Source of the DNA: an uncultured Verrucomicrobiota bacterium
Lineage (GTDB): Bacteria; Verrucomicrobiota; Kiritimatiellia; JAAZAB01
DNA length: 64,000 bases
Assembly: GCA_964463985.1 (NCBI GenBank)
Contig: CAYXEK010000004.1
Span: 18,820 to 82,819 of the forward strand
Direction: 5' to 3'
In this document: in pieces, positions 25,331 to 37,187 of the stretch
How the letters are laid out: each line of letters opens with the position of its first letter
How positions within the stretch are numbered: position 1 is the first letter of the stretch
Notes under the pieces: model-generated
Seen by the model: only the letters and a program-made list of their open reading frames with translations
Databases searched by the model: none
What the model was told of the DNA's origin: nothing
Translations under genes and position numbers: made by a program

Positions 25331-26997
25331 GGTGATATGCCGCTGTCCTTTAATTCCTGCAGCCGCTGGACGGCGGCCGCCCGCACTTCCCGGATGGGAT
25401 CATGGTCGCGAATGCGCGCCAGCAATTCCAGGTCTGTCAGCAGGCGCAAAGCCGTCTCGCGCACCATGGCGTCCGTGTCCGACGCCGCCGCATCGGCGAT
25501 GACCTGCGGATCGTGCGTGCGCGTGACCGCCGCGCGGCGGACATCCGCGAGCGGATCGTTGCGGGCGATATCCGCCAGGACCGCCTGGTCGTTCAGCCTG
25601 GACACAGCCGACAGGCGCACATGTTGATTATCCGATCTGGACAGTTGCGCCAGCAGGGTCTGATCGGTGATCCGGCCCGCCGCCAGCACGCGCACATCGC
25701 GGTGAACATCGTGCAAGGCCACAGTCTGCAGCACCCGCTGGTCAACCAGGCGTTCCACGGCGGCCGCCCGCACGGCGGGATCGGGGTCGCGGAGTGCGGC
25801 GGCTTCCACCGCGGCCTGGTCGGTGATGCGGCGCAGGGCCGCCTGCCGCACCGCGGGATCCGCGTCCGCGCGGGCGATGACGGCAAGCACGGATTGATTT
25901 TTTAATTTTTCAACCGCCGCCTGCCGCACCTGCGCATCCGCGTCCTTGACAGCCGCTTCCTCCAGCGCGCCGGATGCAGCCAGGGGATCAAGCTGGATGA
26001 CGGCCAGGCGGCGCACTTCCGGGTCGGCATCCTGCAGCGCCACGCGCGCCAGGGTATGGCCCTGCAGGCGGGCAACGGCGGCCCGCCGCACCCGCGGCTC
26101 GGTTTCGTGCCGCACCAGTTCCGCCAGCGCGGCCTGATCGGCAATCCGTTCCACCGCCGCTTCGCGCACCATCGGCGTCCGATCGGAACGCGCCAGGCGC
26201 AGGAGGATGCTTTGATCAGTCAGCTTGCGCACCGCAAGGCAGCGGATGACATCATCCGTCTCCCGGTCGGCGATGGCGCCCAGCACCGCCTGGTCGGCGA
26301 TCAATTCCACCGCCATTTTGCGCACGTCCCGGTCCCCGGGATTCGCCGCCACCTCCGCCAGCAGGCGCGGATCTTTGATGCCGCGCAGAGCCGTGCGCCG
26401 CACCAACTGGTCCCCGCTGCCGCGAAATACCTGTAACAGATAATCCTGGCGGGTCAAGCGCGCCGCCGCCGCCGCCCGGATGAAGTCATCGTCGTTTTGC
26501 AAAGCAATCTCGCGCAATATTCCCTCGCTGCGGATGCGCTCAACGGCGGCGCGCCGGACCATGCGGTCGGTATTGGCCGCGCAAATTTCCGCCAACACCG
26601 CCTGACTCTCGACTTTGTCCACCGCGGCCAGCCGGGCCATCGGTTCGGTGTTATCCATGGCCGCCATCCGCAAGGCGCGCTGGTCAGTCAACTGCTCCAC
26701 CGCAGCCACGCGCACCGCCGCCACCGGATCGGCGCGGGCGATGGAAAAAAGCGTAGTCTGGTCGGAAAGCTTCCGCACGGCGGCCCGCCGCACATCCCAG
26801 TCCTCATCGCCGCGGGCGATTTCGGTAATCCGCGCCGGGTCGCGGGTGGTAATCACCACTTCCCTCGTGTCCGATCCCGGCGCATAATCGCCAAGCACGC
26901 GCAATCCCCGGTCTTCGCGCAGCACCGGCGCGCACCCGGCCATAAAAACCAGGGCGCAAAGCGCGGCGCCCGCCATGCATGTTGTATTCGAGCCCAT
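25327..26997 (-). CDS. HEAT/LRV-like alpha-solenoid lipoprotein with 19 repeats of about 26 aa
   Basis: Lipobox-like MAGC, then repeats DQ..L..IA..D.D..VR.AAV.RL.; ATGA overlap with fabZ. Confidence 0.8.
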   Translation of the reverse strand: MGSNTTCMAGAALCALVFMAGCAPVLREDRGLRVLGDYAPGSDTREVVITTRDPARITEIARGDEDWDVRRAAVRKLSDQTTLFSIARADPVAAVRVAAVEQLTDQRALRMAAMDNTEPMARLAAVDKVESQAVLAEICAANTDRMVRRAAVERIRSEGILREIALQNDDDFIRAAAAARLTRQDYLLQVFRGSGDQLVRRTALRGIKDPRLLAEVAANPGDRDVRKMAVELIADQAVLGAIADRETDDVIRCLAVRKLTDQSILLRLARSDRTPMVREAAVERIADQAALAELVRHETEPRVRRAAVARLQGHTLARVALQDADPEVRRLAVIQLDPLAASGALEEAAVKDADAQVRQAAVEKLKNQSVLAVIARADADPAVRQAALRRITDQAAVEAAALRDPDPAVRAAAVERLVDQRVLQTVALHDVHRDVRVLAAGRITDQTLLAQLSRSDNQHVRLSAVSRLNDQAVLADIARNDPLADVRRAAVTRTHDPQVIADAAASDTDAMVRETALRLLTDLELLARIRDHDPIREVRAAAVQRLQELKDSGISP

Positions 26998-27101
26998 GTA
27001 TGATTTCCAAAAACCGCCGGCGCCTTGCAGTAAAATTTACGATTGCCTGCCGGCGCGCAGGCATGAAATTTACCGCCGGGCCCCCCGGCGGCAGTCTACA
27101 T

Positions 27102-27989
27102 TCAACTCCGTAGAATTTTGCGTCCTTCGCACTTGTGGTATGCCAGCAATTTTGCCCCCAGGCGTGCGGCCGTGTATTCGGCCACAACCATGCCCGGCAC
27201 GGGTGCGGTTTCCACGATATCCGCCGCCACCACCGCGCGCCGCCGGCACACCCGGCGCAGCAGGCGCGTTACCGCCAGCCACGACAAACCTCCCGGCTCC
27301 GGCGTGCCCGTGCCGGGCATCAGGCCGGGATCCAGCACATCCACGTCAAGGCTGATATAAACCCGATCGCCCAGGCGCTCCAGCACAGCGTCCATCCAGG
27401 CGCCGCCGGCATCCTGCGCCAGGTCGCGCCACCAGCATACCGGCAAATGCCGTCCGCTGACAAGACTATATTCTTCGGCGCAGACGCTGCGGATGCCGAC
27501 ATGCACGGACGGGATATTCATTTCCAACACGCGGCGCATGACGCAGGCATGCGACTGCGGGTCGCCATGGTATTGATCGCGCAAATCCAGATGAGCATCC
27601 AAGTGGAGGACCGACAGACCGGGATGCGCCCTGGCGGCGGCCGCCACCAGCGGCGCCGTGATCGAGTGTTCTCCGCCCAGGGCCAGCAGAAAACGCCCGG
27701 CGTCCAGTTCCGGCGCCGCGGCGGCGCCGATGCGCGCCAGGATTTGCGCGGCGTCTCCGTTTCGACAATCCGGCGCCGGCAGGGTATGCACGGCCAGAGC
27801 CGGAGCCAGCAACAATTCTTCGTCAAACATTTCAATTTGCGTGCTGGCGGCCAGGATGGCGGCCGGCGCCGCGCCGGTGCCGCGCCCATAACTCACCGAA
27901 CGTTCGTAAGGCACGGGCAGCACCGCGTAGGGCGCATCCGGAGTCTGCGCATAATCCGCGCCGTTTTCGAGAAAATGTCCTAAATTCAT
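27102..27989 (-). CDS. speB: agmatinase
   Basis: LGGEHSIT, HLDAHLDLRD, GIRS, ISLDVDVLDP..MPGTGTPEPGG; directly downstream of speA. Confidence 0.92.
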   Translation of the reverse strand: MNLGHFLENGADYAQTPDAPYAVLPVPYERSVSYGRGTGAAPAAILAASTQIEMFDEELLLAPALAVHTLPAPDCRNGDAAQILARIGAAAAPELDAGRFLLALGGEHSITAPLVAAAARAHPGLSVLHLDAHLDLRDQYHGDPQSHACVMRRVLEMNIPSVHVGIRSVCAEEYSLVSGRHLPVCWWRDLAQDAGGAWMDAVLERLGDRVYISLDVDVLDPGLMPGTGTPEPGGLSWLAVTRLLRRVCRRRAVVAADIVETAPVPGMVVAEYTAARLGAKLLAYHKCEGRKILRS

Positions 27990-28087
27990 GGCAGGCTCGA
28001 TTCCCGGCTTAACAGCGGAACGGAGGGACGCCGGCGTTTCACCGCGCCGGCCGCCGCAGGCTGCGGGCCGGGCACGACCGGCCGGCA

Positions 28088-30004
<1,917 letters not shown>

Positions 30005-30103
30005 CGCACCTCCTCTCACAACCGCCCGCACGCCCGCCGGCCGGCCGATTTCAAGCCTACGACCGGCGCAAGCCTCCCGCATGCGCCAGTAAGCAAGCGG
30101 GGA

Positions 30104-30132
30104 ATTCTGCGATGAATTGCGTTTATTTGCAA
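30104..30132 (-). promoter_or_regulatory. putative speA promoter
   Basis: Minus strand TTGCAA, 17 bp, CAGAAT, about 100 bp upstream of the speA start. Confidence 0.45.
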
Positions 30133-30281
30133 GCAGATTATTGACGATTTCCGCGGCGGGACAGCGTCAGCGTCATACCCGGAGGCTCAGGCGGTTTGCC
30201 TTAATTTTTATGGCAGTTTTCAGAGTTTAAGGCGCTAATTTTTAAAGGATATTGCCGTCAAAATGTCCGGGCGGACACGGA

Positions 30282-31187
30282 TCAGGCGCCGGGGCGGCGG
30301 CCGAAAAACACGGTAATCGCCAGGCCGGAGAGGATGCAGAAGCTACCGAGCACCATGAACAGGTTAAGTTCCTCGCCCAGCCAGAGAACCGCCAGCAGCG
30401 AGGCGAGCACGGGTTTTAAAAAAAACGTCATGGACGCCTGGAATGCGGTGCAATGATGCAGGCCGTAGTAATACAAACCGTACGCCAAGGTGGTGCCGGC
30501 CAGCGCCAGCGCCAGCACCAGCGGCCACGCGTCCAGCAGCCCCGCCGGCCCGGTCCGCCACAGGCTCCACGCCGCCCAGGGCAGCACCATCAAGCTTCCG
30601 AACAAGGTTGTAAATCCCGTCAGGATAAATACGCCGTAGCGGTGGATGACCCGGCGTGCAATGCAAATTCCCGCCGAAAACAGCAGCGCGGAAGCGGCGA
30701 TCAACCCCAGCGCCTGCAGCGACTGAAGCGTGAAGGCGCCCGATTCCCACGCAAAAAAAGCCACGCCGACCCCGCCGCTCAGGACGGCCGCCGCCTTGGG
30801 CCAACTCAGCGGCTCGCGGTTGATAAATCGCGCCAGCAGCATGACAAAAATGGGATTGGCGCTGAAGACCACCGCGCAGGAAGCCGCCTTTTCAAACACC
30901 AGCAAAGCCAGGTGAAACAGCGAAATTGCAACGGCAATGCTGACAAAACCATTGAAGGCAAACAGTCCGTAATCACGCCCGGTCAAGGCCGCCAGGCGCC
31001 GGGGCAAATCGCGGCCCACCAGCGCCAGCAGCACCAGGCCGGTGATGAAAAAACGCAGAAAAACCAGCAGCCAGGGCGACACCCGCGTCCCGATCAGCTT
31101 GGATAAGACTTCCACCGTGCTGAACAAAGCCACGCCGGCTATCAGCGTCATAAACCCTAAAACCGGCTTGTCCACTTTATGCTGCAT
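30282..31187 (-). CDS. DMT/EamA family transporter
   Basis: About 10 TM segments, LRFF, PIFV.LLA.FI.REPLS and L.PVLA.LLA.L.LGE motifs. Confidence 0.88.
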   Translation of the reverse strand: MQHKVDKPVLGFMTLIAGVALFSTVEVLSKLIGTRVSPWLLVFLRFFITGLVLLALVGRDLPRRLAALTGRDYGLFAFNGFVSIAVAISLFHLALLVFEKAASCAVVFSANPIFVMLLARFINREPLSWPKAAAVLSGGVGVAFFAWESGAFTLQSLQALGLIAASALLFSAGICIARRVIHRYGVFILTGFTTLFGSLMVLPWAAWSLWRTGPAGLLDAWPLVLALALAGTTLAYGLYYYGLHHCTAFQASMTFFLKPVLASLLAVLWLGEELNLFMVLGSFCILSGLAITVFFGRRPGA

Positions 31188-31285
31188 TTGCGCATTATTC
31201 CGGAGTGCCGCAAGCGCCATCAGTTGCCGGCAGGCATGCGGCCAGGCCGCCCCGCAGCAAACCGGCGGATGTAAATTGGCGGCGC

Positions 31286-32677
31286 TCAGCCGGTTGGCTG
31301 CTGTTCCATCTTGGCGGCGATGTCGCGGTAAGATATGTCGGCCTGGTAGATTTCCTTGTAAAAGCGCTGGACCGCTTCCTGCGTTTTCCCCTGCTGTTCC
31401 AGGATTTCGCCCATCTGGTAATAAACGTCTTTCTTGAGGTCGTTCATTTCCGTCAATTCCGCCGCGACTTTCTCAAACTGCTCGCTGGCCAGGTCCAACT
31501 GGCCTTTCTGCTTGAAGCACAGGGCCATGTTGAACATGGCGCGCAGGCGGAACTGGGGATTGCGCTGCGCCAGTTGAAACTGCTGGATGGCCTCGTTCAA
31601 CTGACCGCCTTCCAGCAACAGGCTGCCGAACTCGAACCGCAACGCCCAATCGTTCGGATAACGCTCAACCCGCGACTGCACATCCTTGAAGAGGAAGTCC
31701 GCCCGCGCGGCCTGGCGGGCGGCCACGCCGTCCTTGTCGCCGTTTTCCCGGGCCTGCTCGATCTCGAAGTCGAACTCTTTCAGGCGCACCTGCGCCAAGG
31801 CCTGGTCAATCTGGGGGTCGCCGGCGCTGCTGCGGCGCGCTTCTTCCAGCGTCCGAATGGCGTCGTCGAACCGGTTGCCTTGCGCATACAGGTTAGCCAA
31901 TTGACGCCGGAAATTGACGTTGTCGGGATTGTGCTTCACCTTATCCAGCATATCGTTCAGCAGCAATTCCAGGCTGTGGGCGTCCTGCACGGCGCGGGAG
32001 CCCTGTTCCAGGATGGTGGCTGCGCGCGCATCCTTGATCACGTTGCGGTAAGATCCGCCGTCGCGCGCGGCATCGGTCCATCCGCCCTTGGCCATGGTTT
32101 CCCGCGCCATGACGTCTTTCAGGGCATTGACGACGCGAGCGTCGTTCGGAAGCATTGAGGCCGCTTTTTCCAGGCATTCCTTGGCCTCGGCCAGTTGGTT
32201 GGCATCGGCCAGCAGGCGTCCGAGCCGCACAATCAAGTCAACGTCTTCCGGCGCGTATTCGCGGGCCGCCGTGAAAGTCTGGATGGCCACCTCCGGCATG
32301 CCGGCAGCCACCGCCGCCTGCTCCAGCACGCGCAGGAAAACCGGATGGAGCGGGTCCAGCTTCATCAAGGCTTCCGCCGCCCGCAAGGCTTGGGCGCCCT
32401 GTTTCATCTGCAAGCGCAGGGTAGCAACGATCAGCTGCGGCAAGCCGGCCAGCAAGGCCATGGCGTGCCGCACGGCGCCGCCGCCGCGGTCGTTAAACTG
32501 CTTGATTTCGGCGGCGCGCAGATAATTGCGGGCATTTAAAAACCGCGGCTCAATTTCCACGGCGGCAAAAAACATCTCAATGGCGTAGACCAGATTGTTG
32601 CGTTCCATGGCCGTTTGCCCCTTGACGAACAATTCGCGCGCCCGCTTGGAAATATTTACTTCGCTAATTTCAGCCAT
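31286..32677 (-). CDS. tetratricopeptide repeat protein
   Basis: Multiple TPR-like helix pairs (AIEMF..AVEIEP, LG.LL..A...AEAKECLEKA, EAIQQFQ.A..NP); AAGGAG RBS. Confidence 0.8.
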   Translation of the reverse strand: MAEISEVNISKRARELFVKGQTAMERNNLVYAIEMFFAAVEIEPRFLNARNYLRAAEIKQFNDRGGGAVRHAMALLAGLPQLIVATLRLQMKQGAQALRAAEALMKLDPLHPVFLRVLEQAAVAAGMPEVAIQTFTAAREYAPEDVDLIVRLGRLLADANQLAEAKECLEKAASMLPNDARVVNALKDVMARETMAKGGWTDAARDGGSYRNVIKDARAATILEQGSRAVQDAHSLELLLNDMLDKVKHNPDNVNFRRQLANLYAQGNRFDDAIRTLEEARRSSAGDPQIDQALAQVRLKEFDFEIEQARENGDKDGVAARQAARADFLFKDVQSRVERYPNDWALRFEFGSLLLEGGQLNEAIQQFQLAQRNPQFRLRAMFNMALCFKQKGQLDLASEQFEKVAAELTEMNDLKKDVYYQMGEILEQQGKTQEAVQRFYKEIYQADISYRDIAAKMEQQPTG

Positions 32678-32795
32678 GACAAAAACTCCTTTTTTTTTCT
32701 GAAAGCATAGTTTATACTATGTGAATATAGGTGTCAATCCGCCGCCGCGGACTGCATAACATAATTTACAGACTGAAAGGCGCCGCGCAACCAAG

Positions 32796-33788
32796 TTGAA
32801 TATCCTCCGCCACCTTTCCCGCCCGCTCCTGGCCGCCGCCCTCCTGGCGGCATGCTGCGCGGACGTCCTCCCCGCCGCCGCGGCCCCGGCGCCGTTAATC
32901 ACGCTGAGCAAGTTTGCGCGCGCCCATGGTTTCACGGAGTTCAAGGTGCACGGCAAAGCCATTATCCTGGCCTGCCGGTTTCACTCGTTTACCCTGGAAG
33001 GCGACAGCCGGCGCGGAACCTACAATGGCGTGACCATCTGGCTTAATCACCCGGTAACCAGGCTTCGCGGAGCATGGGCCTTGTCCAGGACCGACGCGGA
33101 CAAGACCCTGCTGCCGTTGATGTTTCCCCATCGTGGTCTGACCGCGGCCGGGCGGCAGGTGGTCGTGCTGGATGCCGGCCACGGCGGCCGGGACAAAGGC
33201 GCCGTTTCACCCCGCCAGGTTGAAGAAAAGCGCGTCACGCTCTACCTGGCGCGCAAGGTGCGCGATCTCCTGCGCCAAAAAGGACTGCGGGCGCGCCTGA
33301 CCCGCGAAGGCGACCGTTACCTGTCGCTGGACGATCGCTGCCGGTTGGCGGAGCGCTGGGACGCCGATGTGTTCATCAGCATCCATATGAACGCCGCCGC
33401 GTCCCGCGACGCCGCGGGCATCGAAACGCATGTGCTCCCCCCCGCCGGCTGCCCGATCACCGCCCAGGGCAAGGTTGAAGGACGCGACCGGCTGGCGTAC
33501 GCCGGCAACCGGTACGACATCGCCAACATGTATCTGGGCTACGCCCTGCAGCGCCGGCTGTTGCAGTTTTCCGGCGCCGGCGACCGCGGCGTAAGGCGTT
33601 CGCGCTTTTACGTCATACGCAACGTTCCCTGCCCCGCGGCCCTGGTTGAAGGCGGGTTTATCTCCAATCCCGGCGAGGAGCACAAAATCATCCAAAAAGC
33701 CTACCGCGACAAACTGGCGCAAGGCATTGCCGACGGCATTCTGAACTACCTGGAAGCCGTGCGGAACGCACACCGGATGATGCAATGA
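32796..33788 (+). CDS. N-acetylmuramoyl-L-alanine amidase (Amidase_3)
   Basis: Signal peptide; VVLDAGHGGRDKGA, EK.VTL, TREGDRYLSL..R, FISIHMNA and ALVEGGFISNP.E. Confidence 0.92.
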   Translation: MNILRHLSRPLLAAALLAACCADVLPAAAAPAPLITLSKFARAHGFTEFKVHGKAIILACRFHSFTLEGDSRRGTYNGVTIWLNHPVTRLRGAWALSRTDADKTLLPLMFPHRGLTAAGRQVVVLDAGHGGRDKGAVSPRQVEEKRVTLYLARKVRDLLRQKGLRARLTREGDRYLSLDDRCRLAERWDADVFISIHMNAAASRDAAGIETHVLPPAGCPITAQGKVEGRDRLAYAGNRYDIANMYLGYALQRRLLQFSGAGDRGVRRSRFYVIRNVPCPAALVEGGFISNPGEEHKIIQKAYRDKLAQGIADGILNYLEAVRNAHRMMQ

Positions 33789-34612
33789 ACACCGCCTTTA
33801 CGCATCTGCCCGATATAATTTCCATGGGCGACAAGATTTTCGAGCCGCATTGGGCCGTCCACAACCATCAATCCGGACACTGCGAACTGCTGCTGGTGAT
33901 GGAAGGCTGGGTGCGGACGGTTTTTTACCGCCGCCGGAGTTTCACCACCGCGCCCGGCGGCTTCGTGCTGATTCCCGCCGGCATCCGCCACCGCGATGAA
34001 TTCGACCTGGCGCTGGGAATGAAAGTTTTCATGGTCGTCTTCCGCTGGCAGCATGACCGCGATTATTTCCAGCTTCTGCCGCTCGACGCCTGCCGCGCCG
34101 CCTCCCCCGCCGCCCGGCGCGCGGTCGCCGCGCTATGCGACCAGCTGCGCGACCGCCTGGCCGCCGGCACCGACGCCGACCGGCTGCTGGCGCGCGCCCA
34201 TCTGCTGACGATTCTGCTGACCGTCCTCCACTCGCTTTTGACCGGCGGCGCGGCTGCCCGCCGGCGGACGCCGCCCGGGGCCAACCATGCCCGCGCCTTG
34301 ATGCTGCAGGCCCGCGCCTATCTGAACGCGCATTACGCCGATGAAATTTCCCTGGAACAAATCGCCCGGCACCTGCGCATCAGCCCGTTTTACCTCTCCC
34401 ATCTTTTCAGCCGTGAAAATGATTTCTCGCTCCTGGAATACCTGACCAACCGGCGCATGCAGCAGGCCAAGCTGCTGCTGCAATCGGGAAAGCACTCGAT
34501 CAAGGAAGCCGCCCATGCCGTCGGTTACCATGACGGCAATTACTTTTCCAAGGTATTCCACCGCCACTTCGGGTTCGCCCCCAGGGATTTGCGCTATGCC
34601 GCCCGCCATTAA
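33785..34612 (+). CDS. AraC family regulator (cupin + double HTH)
   Basis: HNH...ELL cupin; ISLEQIA..L.ISPFYLSHLF...EYL...RM..AK.LL...SIKE.A.AVGY.D.NYFSKVF. Confidence 0.92.
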   Translation: MNTAFTHLPDIISMGDKIFEPHWAVHNHQSGHCELLLVMEGWVRTVFYRRRSFTTAPGGFVLIPAGIRHRDEFDLALGMKVFMVVFRWQHDRDYFQLLPLDACRAASPAARRAVAALCDQLRDRLAAGTDADRLLARAHLLTILLTVLHSLLTGGAAARRRTPPGANHARALMLQARAYLNAHYADEISLEQIARHLRISPFYLSHLFSRENDFSLLEYLTNRRMQQAKLLLQSGKHSIKEAAHAVGYHDGNYFSKVFHRHFGFAPRDLRYAARH

Positions 34613-34676
34613 GCATGGCCGTGCAGCCGGCCGTCGCAAATACGCTTCCGCCGGCGCGAGCGGCCCGGCTGGATGC

Positions 34677-34739
34677 GCAATATTTTACCCGTAATAGCAA
34701 ATTCCTACTCTTGCATTTGCCGGCCCGCCGGGGCAGAAT
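34677..34739 (+). promoter_or_regulatory. putative AraC-type activated promoter
   Basis: Direct repeats GCAATATTTTAC (34677) and GCAAATTCCTAC (34697), 20 bp apart, lie just upstream of TTGCAT-17bp-CAGAAT (34711-34739). Confidence 0.45.
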
Positions 34740-34817
34740 CACCCCCCAACAAGCGCAACCGGAATGCCGTTCGTGGCCGCCCGGGTTTCGCGCCAGCAAC
34801 CAAGGAAGGATGCAACC

Positions 34818-35639
34818 ATGCCGAACGCCAAGCTAGCTTATGCCGTCTGGCCCTGGGGACTGAAGGAAAAAGCGCAAATGATCGCCGCCTTGAAGGACAT
34901 GCAGTCCATCGGCTGCAAATATTTTGAGAGCGTGGCCACGGCAGTGGACCTGTTCCGCGACAGCCTCAGGGAATTCCAGGATATCGTCAACGATCACCAG
35001 GTGTTCCCGGTGAGTTTTTATTTCTGGAACCGGGGTGACAGGCAGAATGACGTGGCGACGGTGGAAAGATCGCTGGAATTCCTGGCCGCAAACAACATCC
35101 AGCGCATGAACGTGCAAGCGGCCGGCAAAAAAGGCGGCGGCGCCACGCCGGAAGAACTGCGCCTGACGCTGGAAACCCTGCAGGCCATCGGCAAGGTTGC
35201 CCGGCCTTACGGGATTCTGCCCTGCATTCACCCGCACGCCAACACCCTGGTCATGTTCGAAAACGAAATTGACTTCATCATGCAGAATACCGATCCGGCG
35301 GAAATCGGCTTCGGGCCGGATACTGCGCACATGACCGTCGGCAAATGCGACCCGGTGGCCGTCACCAAACGCTACGCCCGGCGCGTCGGCTTTACGCACA
35401 TCAAGGACGTGCGCAAGGAGCAGAAAGCCGAAGGCGATTTCGGCAGCGTCCGCGGTTTCGAAGTCTTCAGCTCGTTCCTGGAACTCGGCCAGGGCGAGGT
35501 GGATATTCCGGGATTTGTAAAAGTTCTGGAAGATGCCGGGTACGGCGGCTACCTGACTATCGAACTGGACAAGGCCCCGGTATCAAACCGGGAAAGCGCG
35601 GCGGCCAACATGGCCTACATGCGGAAACTGGGATATTAA
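34818..35639 (+). CDS. IolE/MocC-like sugar phosphate isomerase/epimerase TIM barrel
   Basis: HPHANT....NEID.IM..TDP......DTAH....GKCDP...Y..RV.FTHIKD, ELGQGEVD and Y.GYLTIELD. Confidence 0.8.
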   Translation: MPNAKLAYAVWPWGLKEKAQMIAALKDMQSIGCKYFESVATAVDLFRDSLREFQDIVNDHQVFPVSFYFWNRGDRQNDVATVERSLEFLAANNIQRMNVQAAGKKGGGATPEELRLTLETLQAIGKVARPYGILPCIHPHANTLVMFENEIDFIMQNTDPAEIGFGPDTAHMTVGKCDPVAVTKRYARRVGFTHIKDVRKEQKAEGDFGSVRGFEVFSSFLELGQGEVDIPGFVKVLEDAGYGGYLTIELDKAPVSNRESAAANMAYMRKLGY

Positions 35640-35666
35640 GGCGGGGAGCGTCACCAAGCGAATAAC

Positions 35667-35778
35667 GTGTCGGGTGTCGCGTGTCGGGTGTCGGGTGTCG
35701 GGTGTCGCGTGTCGGGTGTCGCGTGTCGCGTGTCGCGTGTCGGGTGTCGCGTGTCGCGTGTCGGGTGTCGCGTGTCGG
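35667..35778. repeat. heptamer tandem repeat (GTGTCG[G/C]) x16
   Basis: 112 bp: 8 GTGTCGG and 8 GTGTCGC units. One inverted copy, CCGACACCCG, at 35818-35827. Confidence 0.97.
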
Positions 35779-35893
35779 AAGGGGATGAAAGTGTTGTGTC
35801 TTACATTCCGCGCGCCGCCGACACCCGTCACCTGGGACGTATAATTTTTTATAGCAGTATCGCAAACACTTAACAATCACAGGAGCGTAAATA

Positions 35894-37186
35894 ATGCAAT
35901 CCGACACACTGGCAATCAATGGCGGCAAACCGGCAATTCCCGCAGGACTGATCAAGGGTTGGCCGCCGATTGACGCAATCGACCGCAAACTCGTGATGGC
36001 TTCCCTGGAGGGCGGTGTGCACACTTTCGGCCCCAATGCCAAGGCATTCCAGGAGGAATTCGCCGCCTGGAACGGCAATCAATACGCCATATACACCAAC
36101 AGCGGCACCGGCGCCCTGCACATGGGGCTGGTGGGCTGCGGCTTGAGCGCCGGCGATCACGTGCTGGTGCCGGCCTATTCCTGGAGTTCCAGCGCCACCT
36201 GCATCCTGCACAACAATTGCATTCCGGTCTTTGTGGACATTGACTTTGACACCATCAACATTGACGTCAAAAAAATCGAGGCGGCCATCACCAGGAAGAC
36301 CCGGGCAATCGTCGTCGTGCACCTGCACGGGTTGACGGTCAACATGGACGCGGTCATGAAAATCGCCCGCAAGCACAATTTGTTCGTCATTGAAGACGCC
36401 TGCCAGGCCCATGGGGCGCTTTTCAAGGGGCGCAAGGCCGGCACGCTGGGCCATTGCGCCGCCTTCAGCTTCAATCAGAACAAATGCCTGTGCGCCGGGG
36501 AAGGCGGCATGTTCGTCACTGACGACATGGAAATCTGGAACAAGGCCAAAATGCTCTGGTCGTTCGGCGAAACGCGCACCCCTATGGAATCGCGCGATTA
36601 CCATGCCTACGCCCTCGGCTGGATGTACCGCGGCAACGACCTGACCGCCGCCTTCGGCCGCGCCCAACTCACCAAGATGGACCGCTACCTCAAGGTGCAG
36701 CGGGAAAACGCCGCCCTGCTGCTGGATTTGCTGAAGGGCACGCCCGCGCTGATCCTGCCGACCGAACCCCGAGGCCACACGCATAACTGGTACAATTTTA
36801 CCAGCCGGATTGACATGCGCGCGGCGCGCTGGACGGGCGACAAAAAAATGTTCCGCAACGCCGTGATGGCGGCGCTCAAGGCCGAAGGCGCGCTGGTGGG
36901 CGTTTGGCAGAATTTCATCCTGCCGGAAATGACGGTCTTCCAGGCGCAGAACGCCTACGGCCACGGGTGTCCCTGGCGCTGTCCGCTGACCGAGCCGGTC
37001 AAATACGATCCCAAAGCCTATCCCGTGGCGCAAAGGCACACCGAGACGCATTTCGGCATGACCTACCCGTTGCGCGCTCCGAACGGCAAAAGCACGGTGC
37101 GCGCCACCGCCCGCGCCTTCCAGAAAGTGTTTAACAATCTGAATCAACTGGACGTGGAAAAACTCTGCGCGCCGAAGAAGAAATAA
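35894..37186 (+). CDS. DegT/DnrJ/EryC1/StrS PLP aminotransferase
   Basis: NSGTGAL, PVFVDID, VVHLHG, IEDACQAHGA, FSFNQNK (PLP Lys), GEGG and GWMYR; TATAAT at 35840 and AGGAG RBS. Confidence 0.93.
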   Translation: MQSDTLAINGGKPAIPAGLIKGWPPIDAIDRKLVMASLEGGVHTFGPNAKAFQEEFAAWNGNQYAIYTNSGTGALHMGLVGCGLSAGDHVLVPAYSWSSSATCILHNNCIPVFVDIDFDTINIDVKKIEAAITRKTRAIVVVHLHGLTVNMDAVMKIARKHNLFVIEDACQAHGALFKGRKAGTLGHCAAFSFNQNKCLCAGEGGMFVTDDMEIWNKAKMLWSFGETRTPMESRDYHAYALGWMYRGNDLTAAFGRAQLTKMDRYLKVQRENAALLLDLLKGTPALILPTEPRGHTHNWYNFTSRIDMRAARWTGDKKMFRNAVMAALKAEGALVGVWQNFILPEMTVFQAQNAYGHGCPWRCPLTEPVKYDPKAYPVAQRHTETHFGMTYPLRAPNGKSTVRATARAFQKVFNNLNQLDVEKLCAPKKK

Positions 37187-37187
37187 A

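Noticed and set aside
25327-26997. DNA-level tandem repeat in the solenoid gene
   Set aside because: The repeats are diverged at nucleotide level and evident only in protein, so they are old rather than a recent duplication.
35667-35778. Possible CRISPR array
   Set aside because: Contiguous 7-bp units with no unique spacers, and no cas genes in the window.
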